Below, in pieces: positions 25,901 to 47,830 of a stretch of 64,000 nt of DNA. Below the pieces are notes generated by a model that saw nothing but the letters and a program-made list of their open reading frames with translations, was not told the origin of the DNA and made no database searches. Numbering within the stretch: the first letter of the stretch is position 1; the number at the start of each line of letters is the position of its first letter. Position numbers and translations under genes: made by a program. The stretch is from Trichoplax adhaerens (taxonomy: Eukaryota > Animalia > Placozoa). The DNA is taken from contig NW_002060953.1 in the NCBI RefSeq assembly GCF_000150275.1, forward strand, positions 352,286-416,285, written 5' to 3'.

Positions 25901-26856
25901 TGATAAAACTAAAATCATAAGACTAACTATCTATTCGTAAAAAAATTTAATTATGAAAGGCTAGGTTGCCGTCCATATATTTACTGAAGTAAGACTTAAT
26001 GATTGATAGACAGTAAATTAAATTCTATACACTATCGATTAATCCAATGTGGAAGAAAAATGAATGCTTTAACTAACTAACTAAGGTTACTAGTTAAAAA
26101 AGGTTCCGCTAGTTTGAAAATTCTTTCTTAATGTTTTACTAATTTTGATAAGTAGCCTTATTAATAACCTTGATTGCTTTTAATGGATGATAACGTTGGC
26201 AATGCAAATTCGCTCCAACTTTGGCTGAGATGGTTGGAGTTATGTTTGTCATATCACTTTGAAGAAAGGACCGGTCGCAAATAGTGATGGATGGCTTTGC
26301 TGTAACGGTTTAAAGAATTTTTTCAGCACGTAAATAGGAAGATTGATATTAGAGGAAAATAACGTTATAGTAAAGAACTATACGTGAGTCTATGACCAAA
26401 ACCTATCTATACATTACTCAAAGTAGCAATAATTTATGGCATCAATTCCCTAATTCATTTACTTTAAATAGTTGAATAGAATTAAGCGTGAAATGTACGG
26501 GGCAGTATTAGGAGAAATTATGTAACTAGTACTACGCCGATTGTATAGTCAATTACCATAGGTATAAAATGTTTCAATTTCCTGATGGATTACATGAATC
26601 GTATTCACATTAACTGTATAGCATTTTCCCATTATTGCAAGCAATTATATTCACAGTTGCAAAAACTACTAGTCACAATAACTTTACTACATTATAAGAT
26701 CGCCGTGCTTTCCCCTGTACTGGCAAACTCTGCTACAATCGATCTTGTTTTATCAATCTAATTTATACCTTCCGTCGTTAACCAGTGGCATCGTATCGAT
26801 TTAATTCTTGAGCTAACCAATCTAGCAGAAATACCAATACGAAATGTGGCAATCAT
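22958..26856 (-). CDS. FARS2: Mitochondrial phenylalanyl-tRNA synthetase, multi-exon
   Basis: Presequence-like [24 protein letters not shown]. Exons read [98 protein letters not shown]. Stop TAA at 22960-22958. Confidence 0.95.
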
Positions 26857-28270
26857 CTAAACGAAAATAATTATCGAAAATTATTATGTAATAACATTAC
26901 AAATTATTTTTATTAAAATTTCACGTTGTATTGATTAATGAATCCTAAGGTTGTAATGCACTACATTGATGTTAAAGGAAGAAACCTGTAGCAACTAGTT
27001 TATGTAATCCTGAAATTATTTGTATTAATGGATGATTAGCCTTTAAGTTACTTTCTTCATAATGAAGAAACCACCGTTGTGATTGATTTTTTATAATGTA
27101 CACGCTTAAATTATAAATTATTCCTTATCGTGAGGTAGTGCAGCACCATCCAGTGTATCAAAGTAATGAGTAACTCCCGATTGATCTAAAAATGGATGAT
27201 GCGGGAAGGAAGGGGTATGGCTCAACGAAGCTAGCTAACTAGTCTGCAAAGCACATACAGAATATTGTCAGCATAATCACTCCATGCTAGACAATGCTAA
27301 CGCAGCCTATGCATGCATTTTACAGCTACTCTAATTTGCAATTCCTACTTCATTTTTAAACCTATCCTTTCTGAATTTGCATACAGTATATCCACGGTAT
27401 CTCTGTTGAGCTCTACTCTAGTAGCAACTTGAAAATTCCGTCGGGTGGTGTAAGTAGCAGTAATTTATTGGCAGTAAGCATGGGTGATCGTTGCATTGCT
27501 ACGTTTAGCCATCACAATTTTCTACTACTTGTACCACCCATTGGTGAGCCTTGTTGCAAATACAACAACTCGAACTAGTCTGCTAGTCGTGGTGAAAAGG
27601 AAAGATTGACAGAGAACTATAGACGCAAATGACACAAGAGTAACCAGCCATTAATTAGCCTTACAAGCTTAACTCACTGCCTAACATGAACAAATCTTGT
27701 AGACATCTTCCATATCTTGCAGTTATGAAGTACTCAAGTTTCATCAGCCAATAACATCGCATGAGCTACTTCATGGATCAGCTTCTTATCGAGGGGGTAG
27801 AATTTAAATTGAACAAGGAATGATACACATAACTGCACTACAGTCACGAATGATGCAATACACTTCAAAGAGAGCAGCTAAACTAGCTGCCATTACTAAT
27901 AAAATCTTCTAAAGGTATTCCATATTCTCCATTTCAAAGATCTTGCATCTGCCAGCTGCATCAAGCCTAGCAGACATTGCAAAGCGATCTCGAAAGCTTG
28001 GAATATGGTGATTAATTCAATCTAAAAAGTCATCTATCAATGCATAATGGACAAGAGCAGTTCTTTCTTACCTTCTTAATAGAATCCAATAGTCCCAATG
28101 AGCTCCAGTAAGGAATTCGAGGCAGCTAGGAGAGAAATATGGAGAAACTAATTCGCAAAATTTGCTCTTAGCTAGAGATGAGCAGACCTAGTCTCCACCG
28201 AGTAGTCGTACTAGAAATGATCTCTGCCTTAATTAACTCTGTAGTCTTATTACTATGCTATTGTATGCAA

Positions 28271-28310
28271 CACTTACCTACCATACAGGATAACTGGAGA
28301 CTTTGGCGCG
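28271..28310 (-). promoter_or_regulatory. Probable FARS2 5' non-coding exon donor with an adjacent E2F-like site
   Basis: Minus-strand TAG|GTAAGTG donor at 28277-28271; TTTGGCGCG at 28302-28310. The FARS2 ATG is directly preceded by TTAG (acceptor-like). Confidence 0.35.
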
Positions 28311-28996
28311 TGAGTGTGCGCAATAGAGTACTGCGGTAGACAGCTGTGTGCGAAATAATGTGTCACCTCGTAACCACCTCACGAACAGTAGCAGACAGCC
28401 AAAGAAGATAAAAACGAGATCGAAAGGCGACATATCATTTTGCACAACACTCTGCTACTAGTAGAAAGCAACACCTGGTGGAAATGGATGCCTAGCTCTC
28501 TTCCTAGAAATCCATGGCAATAATGGCATAGCGCAATGATTGTAAAATATATCCAGTAATCTCTAACAAGAATAGAATAATCTCAGCTTTAGAATGCTGC
28601 ACTACCAGTATGTTGACAAATATTACTTGGGTTAAACGGTCTCTGCTTCGAGATCATTCTTGGATGGCTGGATGGGGCTGAGGTCAAGATGATCTTCAGC
28701 CATTGCTTATAAGAATTCTTTTGCAATCAAGGAGTTTTAAGTTTACTTTTAGCCAGTAAAAATAGTGCAAGTACACTGTTTCATCAGGCCAGCCATCATC
28801 TATAATTACTTTACTAGCATAGCCGTCTATTCTAGGTCACATAGTGCTATTACTTCATATTCCTGTCATGATGATTTGAAAGGCTAACACGATCATGGAT
28901 GAAATCGCTACACTGTTCATTTCACTTATAAATAGTAATATAGACGTATTCTATCGTATAATTAATTAACGAATTGAAGCCACAATGGCGGTATAA

Positions 28997-29600
28997 CAGA
29001 CTTCAGATATAAACAATGCAATCATAAATAGCAGCTATGCAGCTGCATTAATCATGCAAACAGTATTTGCTTTGAATGCTATAAAATGTCCAGATCAAAA
29101 ATGGGAAAATTGCAATATATACCCATTTGCATGTTGTGTTTTGCTCCGTATTACTATCGTGATGATTTTAAAATAATTTCATCTAACGCAGACTTCATGA
29201 ACGATGTATTCATGATTAGCAGCTGCATCAATCGTGCAAACAGTATTTGCTTTGTAAGTTATAAAATGTCCAGATCAAAAATGGGAAAATTGCAATATAT
29301 ACCCATTTGCATGTTGTGTTTTGCTTCGTATTACTATCGTGATGATTTCAAAATAATTTCATCTATCGCAGACTTCATGAACGATGTATTCATGATTAGC
29401 AGCTGCATCAATCGTGCAAACAGTATTTGCTTTGTAAGTTATAAAATGTCCAGATCAAAAATGCGAAAATTGCAATATTTGCCCATTTGCATGTTGTATT
29501 TTGCTTCGTATTACTATCGTGATGATTTTAAAATAATTTCATCTATCACAGACTTCATGGACAATGTATTCATGAGCAGCAGCTGTATCAATCATGTAAA
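28997..29600. repeat. Tandem repeat, 180-bp unit, ~3.3 copies
   Basis: AGCTG(C/T)AT recurs at 29041, 29221, 29401 and 29581. It gives the 60-aa repeat of ORF 29086..29622. Confidence 0.95.
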
Positions 29601-29962
29601 TTGTACTTATATTATAAATTAGGATTAAACTCCGTGAGGTCAAACAAGATAAAATTGCAAAAATAATTTATCTTTCATCCTAACCACTGCGATATTATGC
29701 CAACCTAAGTAGCGCTTTCTACCTGAAACTACCATTCAAGCAGATCCATTTTTATACTGATCTAGCATGGAACCATGATTGAATCATTTAATAGCTGTTA
29801 AAATGATGTGAAAGGATTTTTAAATATAGTTCTTGCATCAAGTAGAAATGGTCAAAAAGGAATGATGTCAATGATCATGATGTGGCTCTTATACTGAATA
29901 ATATCAATATGAAACCATTGATGTTATACACGTGGAGTAGTGTATTTTTGCATTATCGATGG

Positions 29963-30091
29963 TAGACTAAATCAGATCATTTTCACCAATGCCAACGTGG
30001 AAATGAATCCTAACCTGATACAGTAGACTAAATCAGATCCTTTTCACCAATGCCAACGTGGAGTGGAAATGAATACTAACCTGATACAGTA
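29963..30091. repeat. ~59-bp tandem duplication
   Basis: GTAGACTAAATCAGATC.TTTTCACCAATGCCAACGTGGA...AACCTGATACAGTA occurs twice. Confidence 0.8.
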
Positions 30092-31472
30092 TATCAATCT
30101 TCACCAGAATCATCCAATGTGATTGATTGACAATTTTGCTAGCTACTGATGACAGTGCCAAAGTCCATTAAACAATCATCAATAATATACAGATTAGCAA
30201 GAAAAAATTTTATTCTATTATATTTCAAATTGAATTAAAAGATCCAAAGAATAAAAGGAGAAGCAAAAACATACGATACCAATAGATTGTACTTTGGTCA
30301 ATATTAAATGAATAGACAGACGTACACTGTTACCAAAGTGACAATTCAGTAAATATTCAGATACTGTATATCATATTTAGCTAATGTATTAGAACGACAA
30401 GACCCAACGTAAAATTGCAAAGGGATCGATCTTACGTTCAATATTTGAGGTGTTCATGTTGTTAAAACTGATTAGCGAATTTATCATAACAATTTAAAAT
30501 AAAAATACTCCCCCAATGGCAAAACATCTTGGCACGTACAAGTTTTCAACCTAATTAGATAAGTATACTTTTTTTTTTAAGATATCATGTAAAGCATTGA
30601 AGGATGATACTGTAATATATCAAAGTTTGTTATGATCAAAAAAACAACATGTAGTAAAATCCAACGCATAGGTGTGTATAACTCAATAATGAAAATTCTG
30701 CACATGCTTTAATAATCTAAAGCCATATTAGCTAGCATCGTAAATGGAAAAAAATGATCAATGCTCAGCTACAGTTATGTATTGGCGATAGATAAAATCC
30801 ACCAAAAGTCATTTATACAATAATTCGTTCGCATTGATGTTAACGTGTTTGTACTGATATATATGTTTGACGTATTGCAGAATGTATGACAATTCTACTG
30901 ACAGTTTAACAACAACAGCAACCAATTGAGCTCAGTAGACAGCATTATTAATGATGATGATGTATTGTGTCCAAACGGTGGACAAATGAAAACAATTTCA
31001 CAGTTCCCTTAGCACAAATAGTAACGCAGTAACATACTACAGTCTTTAAAAATACACTTTCCGATACTATCATTTAGAAATCTACAATTCCTTAATCTTG
31101 TAAAATTGTATACTATGATATATTAGCAGACCCTCATCAATATCAAAGCAAACCAATAAGATAAAAATGGCGATCAGAATAAAATCTCTAGAAATAAAAG
31201 CTACCTTCTCGACTAATGAATGAGCACTGCTATCCAGCAACCATAACATAAGCCTAATAAAAGTTGCATTTACCTTGCTACCATGTAACTAACCCAAAGA
31301 CAACAAAAAATGAATTTTTAAAGCCAGGAGATAGTAATGCTAATTAAGTTAATGATTTATAAAGCTTAAAAATACTTCCATCCCGAGTACCATCAGTAAA
31401 TGAAAATCATAGCTTGCAATCGACATTGAACCAACTTCAAAACTATAGTATCTTCAATTAAATACATCCATT

Positions 31473-38823
<7,351 letters not shown>

Positions 38824-41322
38824 AGTAGATGAATTAAGCAGTTACTGTATTGTTTCTTCTTCTTTTTGCAATTGGCAACTGTATTTTTTAATGTATTAAC
38901 AGTTGAGTTCAACAATACAGTTTGGCAAAGTTGACAAAGTCCAATTTATTTTTTTTCTTGACTTGCAGTGATTGCAGGCTATCACTAGTGGAATTCAGTT
39001 GGTGCTGAACAATATCGATTGTGTTGCAATGGACTTTTCGATTTGGTCTTGACTTTGCTAAAATCAATGGAATGCCTAAAAGGATAAAATAACAAGTCCA
39101 CATTAGTCTAATCCTCCATTGCCATTAGGCTTGATAGATCGTTGATAAAATGCGTGGAAACGATGGCAAGGAACAAGTTTGAATAAGAGCCCGCAAAATA
39201 CACATTGAAAGGGTTCTCCCATCGCCCAGGTTGTACTCCATTTTTTACACAACCTACAAGATCGGTCGACGATGATGATCCAACTGTTGTCGATGTTGAT
39301 CAACAAACTATCTTGACTAAACATGTTGTCGTCCTCTGGCGTTCTTTCTTCCATGCTATCCACACACAGACAGTCATCCACTTTCAACGGTATCCAAAAA
39401 TAGTGTTGTAGAAATGCCATCATGACAATCAACAAGCTTGTTGAATACGATGGTTCATCGCTTAAGGCATGTTTGCATGACTTGCAAGTTAAATGGGTAA
39501 AAAATGGCGGCGTTATCGTCTACAACTTGAGCAAGAAGATCAAGCCGACGCTTTTTCCACTGGCATGGAATGATGGCGTTCAAAAAGAAAATAGTCAATG
39601 ACGATAGGATGACATTGCTCTTGGCGAAGAGCAATATACGATGATAATATTGAAGAGTGGATCCATTGGCCCAATACTGAAATAAGTCTAATAGCGATGA
39701 TGATTTTTTTGGGGGGGGGAGGATTTTTTTTTTTTTGCCCCCCATTCTACAGTATCTGTATTTTAATGGCGGCTACTACTACAAACTATTTTCGCTATCC
39801 ATCATCGTACTCGATACGAACATCGACTCTAGCTTGCATGTTGTCCATTTACTCATGTCATCAAAGTGATGGATAGATCTACCATCCATCCAAGAAGCAA
39901 ATCCATCATCATGGGTCTATTACTAGATTGAAATGGTTTTACCTTGAAGATGGGACGATTGGACAAGATTTTTTGATGTACGTCTTTTGTACTGTTGTCG
40001 ACGATAGACTATCATCCACTGGCTACTATCGATCGATTCTCATCGATAGTGGAAAAGGATCAACACGAATGTCACTTATAAGATGATGAGAATCATCCAT
40101 CGCTTATGCTGTCTACGACTGTTAAAAATAGTATCTGACTCCATTGGAGTAGAAAAAGAAAGATCGACATTGGCCAACAAACAGAGTCCAAAACAACAAC
40201 AACAACTTGTCCATACTTGGATCGCTGTCCATGTTGCTTCATGTCCTTCTTTCAATCATTTTGAATCATATCAACACTAACCTTATTACCAATAACGATC
40301 GATGGACACAATCGATGATCAATTGTGCAAGAAAAGGACGATTTAATGGAATAATCAAGTTGGAAAAGAATCCAATCCCAGCTGACTTTCAACACCTGCA
40401 AAAAGGAGAAAAAGAGACTTGGATTAATGGAGCGATTGCAAGTGTCAACTCTTCCATCTATTTGACTACTGTAGCCTTTTCAATCATCAATCAACCCAAT
40501 CGACAAGGATGATCCCTTACTGAATCAACGATTGAAACATTCAAGGCGATTGCCAACAGCAAATGAGCGCTAGAAAACGACGATTAACCTTAGCGATGTT
40601 GATGCAACCACTGCTAACAAAATGGATGTTCACCACTGAAGGAGATGGACGGGCAAGAAGATGCCCAAGTCATGCTCTTCCACGAGTAGTGTGTATCGTA
40701 CAGTTGTATTAGCATCATGAGAGTGTATGGGATGATGGCAAGGATGCTTGCCATCACCAGTCAATCAGCCCATGTCGTGAAAGCAACTGCAATGGCCACT
40801 CCCTGGAGACTGCAATGGGCAATATGTGTATTGGCAGTGGTTGATGGGGGTTAGAACTCAAACAGCTGTTGATAATCCATCATTTTAATGGCCAAGCTAA
40901 AAGAGCAAACTTCTTAAACCTTCTTGATTGCCTCCTGGTCGTTGCCATGGCCGTAAGGCCACAACCATTGGGATGCCTTTCCATGCCAAAACTCATGTCG
41001 TATACCGCGATCCCGCTGTAACATACTTTCAGTCCGTATACTACTAATGGCATCATGACAAGAGTAGTGATTATGATCCCTTGAAAATCAACGCTATACT
41101 ATGCTATTTCAAGCAAAATTAAAGTCACCATGACCATACTAGTAGTATATCTCCCAATGAACACCCAGAAGGTGACATCACTTTTGCGACAGACGACTCG
41201 CGAGCTTGTACCTAGAAAAGAACGTGTCCTGCGGTCTGTATGTCTGTTGTTTCGCTGCGCTAGTCTAGTGCAGTATTTGGCTCAACCAAAGAGCCAATTC
41301 TGCCCGAAGGATTCTAACGATT

Positions 41323-42322
41323 CTAAAATGGAGTTAGCTGTATGTTGAACTACTTCCAATGCATCGCTAATCGCATTCTAAAATTGAATAGAATCCCCAG
41401 TCTGTGTGTCTGTTGTTTTCTGTGCTAATCTAGTGCTGTATTTTGCTCAACGAAAGGGCCAATTCTGCCCTAAAATGCCCTTAATCGCATTCTAAAATGG
41501 AGCTAGCCTAATGTTCAAATACTTCCGAAGCATCGCTAATCGCATCCTAAAATACTTCCAATGCATCGCTAATCACATCCTAAAATGGAGCTAGCCTAAT
41601 GTTCAAATACTTCCGAAGCATCGCTAATCGCATCCTAAAATACTTTCTGACAGGTCTATCAAATGGTAATACTATCTGTTAAATGAGCACATTATCGTAA
41701 ACCGTCAGCAAAGCGACGGGAGTTTGCACTAGTCACATTCGAAAATAGAGCTAGCCTAATGTTCAAATACTTCCGAAGCATCGCTAATCGCATCCTAAAA
41801 TACTTCCAATGCATCGCTAATCGCATCCTAAAATACTTCCAATCCATCGCTAATCGCATCCTAAAATGGAGCTAGCCTTATGTTCAAATACTTCCGAAGC
41901 ATCGCTAATCACATTCGAAAATAGAGCTAGCCTAATGTTCAAATACTTCCAATGCATCGCTAATCGCATCCTAAAATGAAGCTAGCCTAATGTTGAAATA
42001 CTTCCGATGCATTGCTAATCACATCCTAAAATGGAGCTAGCCTAATGTTGAAACACTTCGGAAGCATCGCTAATCACATCCTAAAATGGAGCTAGCCTAA
42101 TGTTGAAACACTTCGGAAGCATCGCTAATCACATCCTAGAATGGAGCTAGCCTAGTGTTGAAATGCTTCCGAAGCATCGCTAATCGCATCCTAAAATGGA
42201 GCTAGCCTAATGTTGAAATACTTCCAATGCATCGCTAATCACATCCTAAAATGGAGCTAGCCTAATGTTGAAATACTTCCAATGCATTGCTAATCACATC
42301 CTAAAATGGAGCTAGCCTAATG
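41323..42322. repeat. Tandem array, 55-bp unit interspersed with 33-bp deletion variants, upstream of Ras
   Basis: CTAAAATGGAGCTAGCCTAATGTT(C/G)AAATACTTCC(AAT/GAA)GCATCGCTAATC(A/G)CATC at e.g. 42191 and 42246. Short units lack the segment between two AAAT motifs. Confidence 0.95.
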
Positions 42323-43526
42323 TGCAAGGGAAATACTACACTGACTGATCTTAATCGACGCTAGGATACTGTGCTACAGGCATCAATGACGCAATAAAAT
42401 AGCCCAAAAGTAGTTGCATTCAATGACCACATCGTGCTGACCAACCAGCGATCGCGTGCAAACTACGCCTAGTAACCACTATTCAAATTCATAACGTATA
42501 TTCGTGTAGTTTTGTTCAATAGCCTACTTGACGGCTATTAGTTCTTGGCCAACCCTAAAAATCAAGTAGAAAAATCATTCTCTTCTTCTTCTTCAGACTA
42601 TACTGTACATGGACTCCATAGACTGCCTTTCCAGGGCCCATTGCTACACGCCCTCCATCCATTGATAACTACGATATAAATCGTTATACCACACCAAAAT
42701 AGCCAATCATGTCCGATTTCACTTTTTCAAGTGGTAAACTTATCAAAATGAAACCTATCCATCATTCCAAGTATTTTTTAACGCTGTCCATGATGGTGTC
42801 GAAATTGGCAGTCCTACTGCTATAGCCTTGACAAAATAAATCGCATGGTCGGTCATGGTATTGTAGGAATTGGAATGGACACTGACGTTTTTCAATCCTT
42901 GAAGAAAACGATAATGCTGTACAAGATACCACAATCATCCATGAACAACGAGGGGGTATCGTATGTAGATGAATTATTGATTCCAATCTACTTCAGCTTA
43001 CACACAAAATAATGCATTAGAAATAATTTTTAAAAATCCAATTTCTTCAACCCTGATCATGGCTTTGCCTACAGGGTAATTCTCTTGCCTTACACTTTGG
43101 CTACAACGAACTTACCAATACTCAATTCTCATACAAACTGGATAAAACATGACTCTGTAGAGCCATGTAATAAGACGTAGTTGACAAGTATCAAAGATGT
43201 ACAAAGTCTACAAGGTAATCAAAATCTGTGAGTGGAATGGGTGTATGATTTAGTGGCCAGCTGCCACTATGGTTGTCAAAAGCAATCTTGAAAACATCAA
43301 ATGTACCATAGCATACTGTCGGAAACAAATTACATGTAGCAGTATCTCTTTCTCTCTACCTTGTACCTAACGGGCTTAGAGTAATAAAGTTCTCTTCTCA
43401 GAACAGCTTTCTCTCATCTTAGTCTATAAGTAGAAAGACATATTACTACCTGCTCTTTCTACTACTGATTAACAATTCAATCGTCAAGAAACTATGTTAA
43501 CAACCATTGCTTACTCTTTCATTGCC

Positions 43527-45167
43527 ATGGCTAAAACTGCAATAGATCGAGTTAGCCAGGTTGCTATCCATGATAATTAGACACTACAGTACTATAGAAT
43601 CGGCTGGAACAAAATCTAATAGCGTTCCCTTTATAAAGAAATATAGAAACTATTTATAAATTACAAATGCTGCCTGTTTCCAATAAAAAAACAATAAATT
43701 GACAAATGAAGAAAGTAACCCAATATTATAAATTGACAACATTCAGATTAAGCTTCTCATTCAATTATGACCATGAAAAAGCTATAGCCTCCAATTCTGA
43801 TGATTCTTAAACCATGTCCATTTGCTATCCTATAACATTATACCATGAGCAATTCAGCATGGATTAATGTAGCCCGATGCCTATGAATTTACAGATGGCC
43901 ACCGTTCGATATGCTAGCCACTAGTAATCTTTTTGCTACAAAACTAAACAACTCTATCCCTATGCAAAATAACAAACGAATACAATCATTGTGTGCATTT
44001 CTGTTCCAGCTGAAAATAACTCACCCTATACTCAGAGCAGCTAATGCTGAATAATGGCGAAATTCTGACATTTTTTTTTTGCTCTTATCAAACTATCAAA
44101 TTCGACAATTCAATTGGCATCACTGCATCCTTCAAAATCGAAAAAATAAATAAACAAGGCAATATATTCTCATGTAGCACTACAACGAGTCTCGCTGTAG
44201 AGGTAGTAAAGCAATTTAGGCTAAACCCATATCCTGTAGAAAATGCCGATGGAATTTTTATCAAGCACTATATTGTAAATTTTTCCGACATTTTTTTCCT
44301 CTTATCAAACTATCGAATTGGACAATTCAATTGACATCACTGTATCCTTCAAAATCGAAAAAATAAACAAGGCAATATATTCTCATGTAGCACTACAACG
44401 AGTCTCACTGTAGAGGTAGTAAAGCAATTTAGACCAAGCTTATATACTGTAGAAAATGCCGATGGAACTTTTACCAAGCACTGTATTGTAAATTTTCCAT
44501 TTTTCTTGTCATAAATAGATAGTTGATAATGCACGTATGGCCTTCTACTCTGGTAAGACCCGAAACATTCAATTTCGGCAGAAGCAGCTAAGAACTTTAC
44601 TGAAGTTTACACAAGATCATGAAAAAGAAATTTGCGAGTCAATTTTTGAGGACTTGCAGAAGGTATGCATTTCTTATTTCATTCAAGAATTACTTGATTG
44701 TTAATTAATATCATTCCATATAATAATTAGACAATCATTTCATCAACTATCTTATTCCGTTTATCCATTCTGTACATAATGGAAAAAATAGATTGTATAT
44801 AATAAACTATAAACCTTTTTCCGAATGATGTAATGCGTCAATATGAGTTTTAAAGATGTCATTTTAACCTGTGTAGAAGAGTCGCTCGTTTAATTGATAA
44901 AAAGAAAGTTGCCGTTGAAGGAGAGATTGATAGAGAAGATAAGTTTATTTCTCTAACCGTCCTAACCGGCACGGAACCAAATGATCCTATAATGCAAGAA
45001 GAGGTAACACTATTATCTACTGATGCTAAAAGATATAGAATACTTTCAATCTAACGCCAGCATTAATACTGTCCATTGCTGTGTATATTTACAAAGATAT
45101 TTGGCCCAGTACTGCCGATTGTCAATATTGCGACTGTCGATCAAGCCATCAATTTTGTCCATTGTAG
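43527..45167 (+). pseudogene. Internally deleted ALDH3 paralogue retaining only exons 1, 2, 9 and 10
   Basis: 43527-43559 MAKTAIDRVSQ; 44519-44662 IVDNARMAFYSGKTRNIQFRQKQL...EDLQK; 44877-45003 RVARLIDKKKVAVEGEID...IMQEE; 45097-45167 IFGPVLPIVN. Exon lengths match the downstream ALDH3. The catalytic and NAD-binding exons are absent. Confidence 0.88.
44058..44500. repeat. ~218-bp tandem duplication in intron 1 of the ALDH3 relic
   Basis: CTTATCAAACTATC...CCTTCAAAATCGAAAAAATAAA...CTCATGTAGCACTACAACGAGTCTC...ATTGTAAATTTTCC occurs twice. Confidence 0.9.
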
Positions 45168-45949
45168 GTAATTTCAGCATTGCATATTTACTCTACTGTT
45201 AAACTCTCCATTTATCGCCTTCAATAAAGACATTATTTATAAACAACGTCTTGTTCTAATCGTTTGTATTTGATTTTCAACGCATGGTATAGCCTTCGAA
45301 AGTTTCGCTAATGTTGTCTGTAAATTGACCAAATTCCATTTAAAATTTAACTGTCCGTACTAAACCTCATCAAGAAAGTTGACATCTCTTTTAATAAACT
45401 CCACCTATGCTAACTTAAGCCTACATTATATAGAACGACGAGTTTTATAGTTGGCATCTTGGCATAAAGTTACATTTACAAGTACAGTTCAATCTTCGAT
45501 TTGCAATTAAATAACAATTTCCTTTTCGTATGTGTACATCGTATTTCAATAAAAGCTTTACTATTGTTTCTATGACTATAATTATTAGCTGTAGGAAGTT
45601 CTCTTTTCTGGCATGATATTACTCATCTTTGTAGGTCATTATACCAGTGATACCTCGAACATTGTAAAATAAATTGTAGTTATAGCATGTTACTATCGTG
45701 TCTAAAGGATGTTGCAAAGTAACTGGTTTGTCTAGGACAATTTACGTTAAATTATGATAATAAAAACAATACCGAATTGTAATGTCTATATAACTAACGT
45801 TAGGGTACGTTTTTTGGTACTTTCGTTGTTGAATTTACTCTATTTTTGTAAGACTAACATAATATTCAGTCACTGACGTACTTTATTATTACAAATTGAT
45901 TCTGTGCCACTCTGTCTGAATAACTATCAGCATCAATACTCTGCTAATA

Positions 45950-47830
45950 GAGCTTTTTCCCAAATCCTCAACCTAGCTCCAGTAATAGTATAATCTTTGC
46001 ATGCTATTTTGAGAATTGTCATCACACCGTCCTCATCTTAATATTGTAGCTCATCTTGTACGTAGTATAAACTTGTAGAATAACACATTCCATGGAATGG
46101 ATCTGGCTTACTACTCTACACTTGTATTATCGACTGTAATAAGATCACATGTTGCAAATATCCACGCGAACCAGGATATGGTATAGTAGTTCATCGTTAT
46201 ATCCGATCTAGCTTAGTCATTACAGTTGGATTATGGCGCGTAGCTGTTGCATGGATTGATCATAATAGTACACTTTGCTCAGTCAACGAACTAAAATAAG
46301 GTAATTCAATAACTTTGCACAACACATTCATTGTCTCATTACCAGAATATCGGTAATATTCTCTGTACAATTATTGCTATTTATTTCTATTCATTTCAAG
46401 CAATTCACTGCCACTTTCAAGTTCCTCCGCAAATCCGCAACCTGACTTCAACAGTAGCAAAGTCCTTGTATTCTGTTTTGAAGTTTTGTTTTCTGTTTTA
46501 TTTCACATCGCCGTCATTGTAACACCGTAGCTTTTCTTGTACATGCTATCAACTTATCGAAATAGGAACGACGGAATGGATTTGGCTTTCTACTCTACCC
46601 TTGTATTCTAATTATCTGCTGTAATACAGTCACATCACATGTTGCAAATATCCATATCCACTAGGATATGGTACAATAGTGATGTTCCATATTTGATTTT
46701 GCTCAGTCATTCCAGTTCCTTTAATTTGTATTCATTTCAAGCAATTCACTTCCACTTTCTCAAGTTCCTTCGTAAATCCTCAACCTAACTGCAGCAGTAC
46801 CATAGTCTTTGCATGCTATTTTGAGAATTGTCAGACTCGTGGTTTCATTACTAGAATATTGGGAATATTGTAAGGATAATTCATACAATAATCTTAGCAG
46901 TACCATAGTCTTTGCATGCTGTTTTGAGAATTGTCAGACTCGTGGTCTCATTACTAGAATATTGGGAATATTATAAGGATAATTCACACAATAACCCTAG
47001 CAGTATCATAGTCCTTGCATGCTGTTTTGGAAATTGTCGTCCTATCGCTGTCATTGTAATACCGTAGTTTTTCTTATACATACTATCAACTTATAGAAAT
47101 AGGAATGGCGGAATGGATTTGGCTTTCTACTCTACTGTAATACAGTCACATCACATGTTGCAAATATCCATATGCACTATAGGTAGTAAGATAGAATTAC
47201 AAAATGGTGAAGACTATTGTACACTTTGCAGAATTGTCAGACTCGTGGTCTCACTACTAGAATATTGGGAATATTGTAAGGATAATTCACACAATAACCT
47301 TAGCAGTACCATAGTCTTTGCATGCTGTTTTGAGAATTGTCAGACTCGTGGTCTCATTACTAGAATATTGGGAATATTGTAAGGATAATTCACACAATAA
47401 CCCTAGCAGTATCATAGTCCTTGCATGCTGTTTTGAGAATTGTCGTCCTATCGCCGTCATAGTAATACCGTAGTTTTTCTTATACATACTATCAACTTCT
47501 AGCAATAGGAATGGCGGAATGGATTTGGCTTTCTACTCTACACTGGTATTCTCTACTGTTTTTACAAATATCGCTATACCTTTGTCATATATCTGAATCA
47601 TAGACTTGGCTAATGTTAGTATAGTAATTATAGGGAGTAAAATATAATTATAAAATGGCGGAGACTATTGTACACTTTGCTCGGTCAATGAAGCAACATA
47701 AGCAACATCAATACCTAAACACAACAAACTCCGACTCGTTGCCTCAATATCAGAATAGTGCGAATATGGTACGTCTAATCCTTGCTATTGATTTCTATTC
47801 TTTTCAAGCAATGCACTTTACTGCTGTACA
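45950..47830. repeat. Nested multi-level direct repeats between the two ALDH3 copies
   Basis: ATAGTC(T/C)TTGCATGCT(A/G)TTTTGAGAATTGTC, GGAATGGATTTGGCTTTCTACTCTA and CTAGAATATTGGGAATATT recur several times; contains 106-bp sub-repeats. Confidence 0.85.

Noticed and set aside
29086-29622. 178-aa ORF of three 60-aa repeats
   Set aside because: Explained by the 180-bp array; no domain or splice support; coding not excluded but unsupported
31254-31277. Possible alternative Ras last exon (TAG|QGKCNFY*), like KRAS 4A/4B
   Set aside because: CNFY is a poor CaaX, the hypervariable region would be nearly absent, and a closer upstream AG competes; needs cDNA evidence
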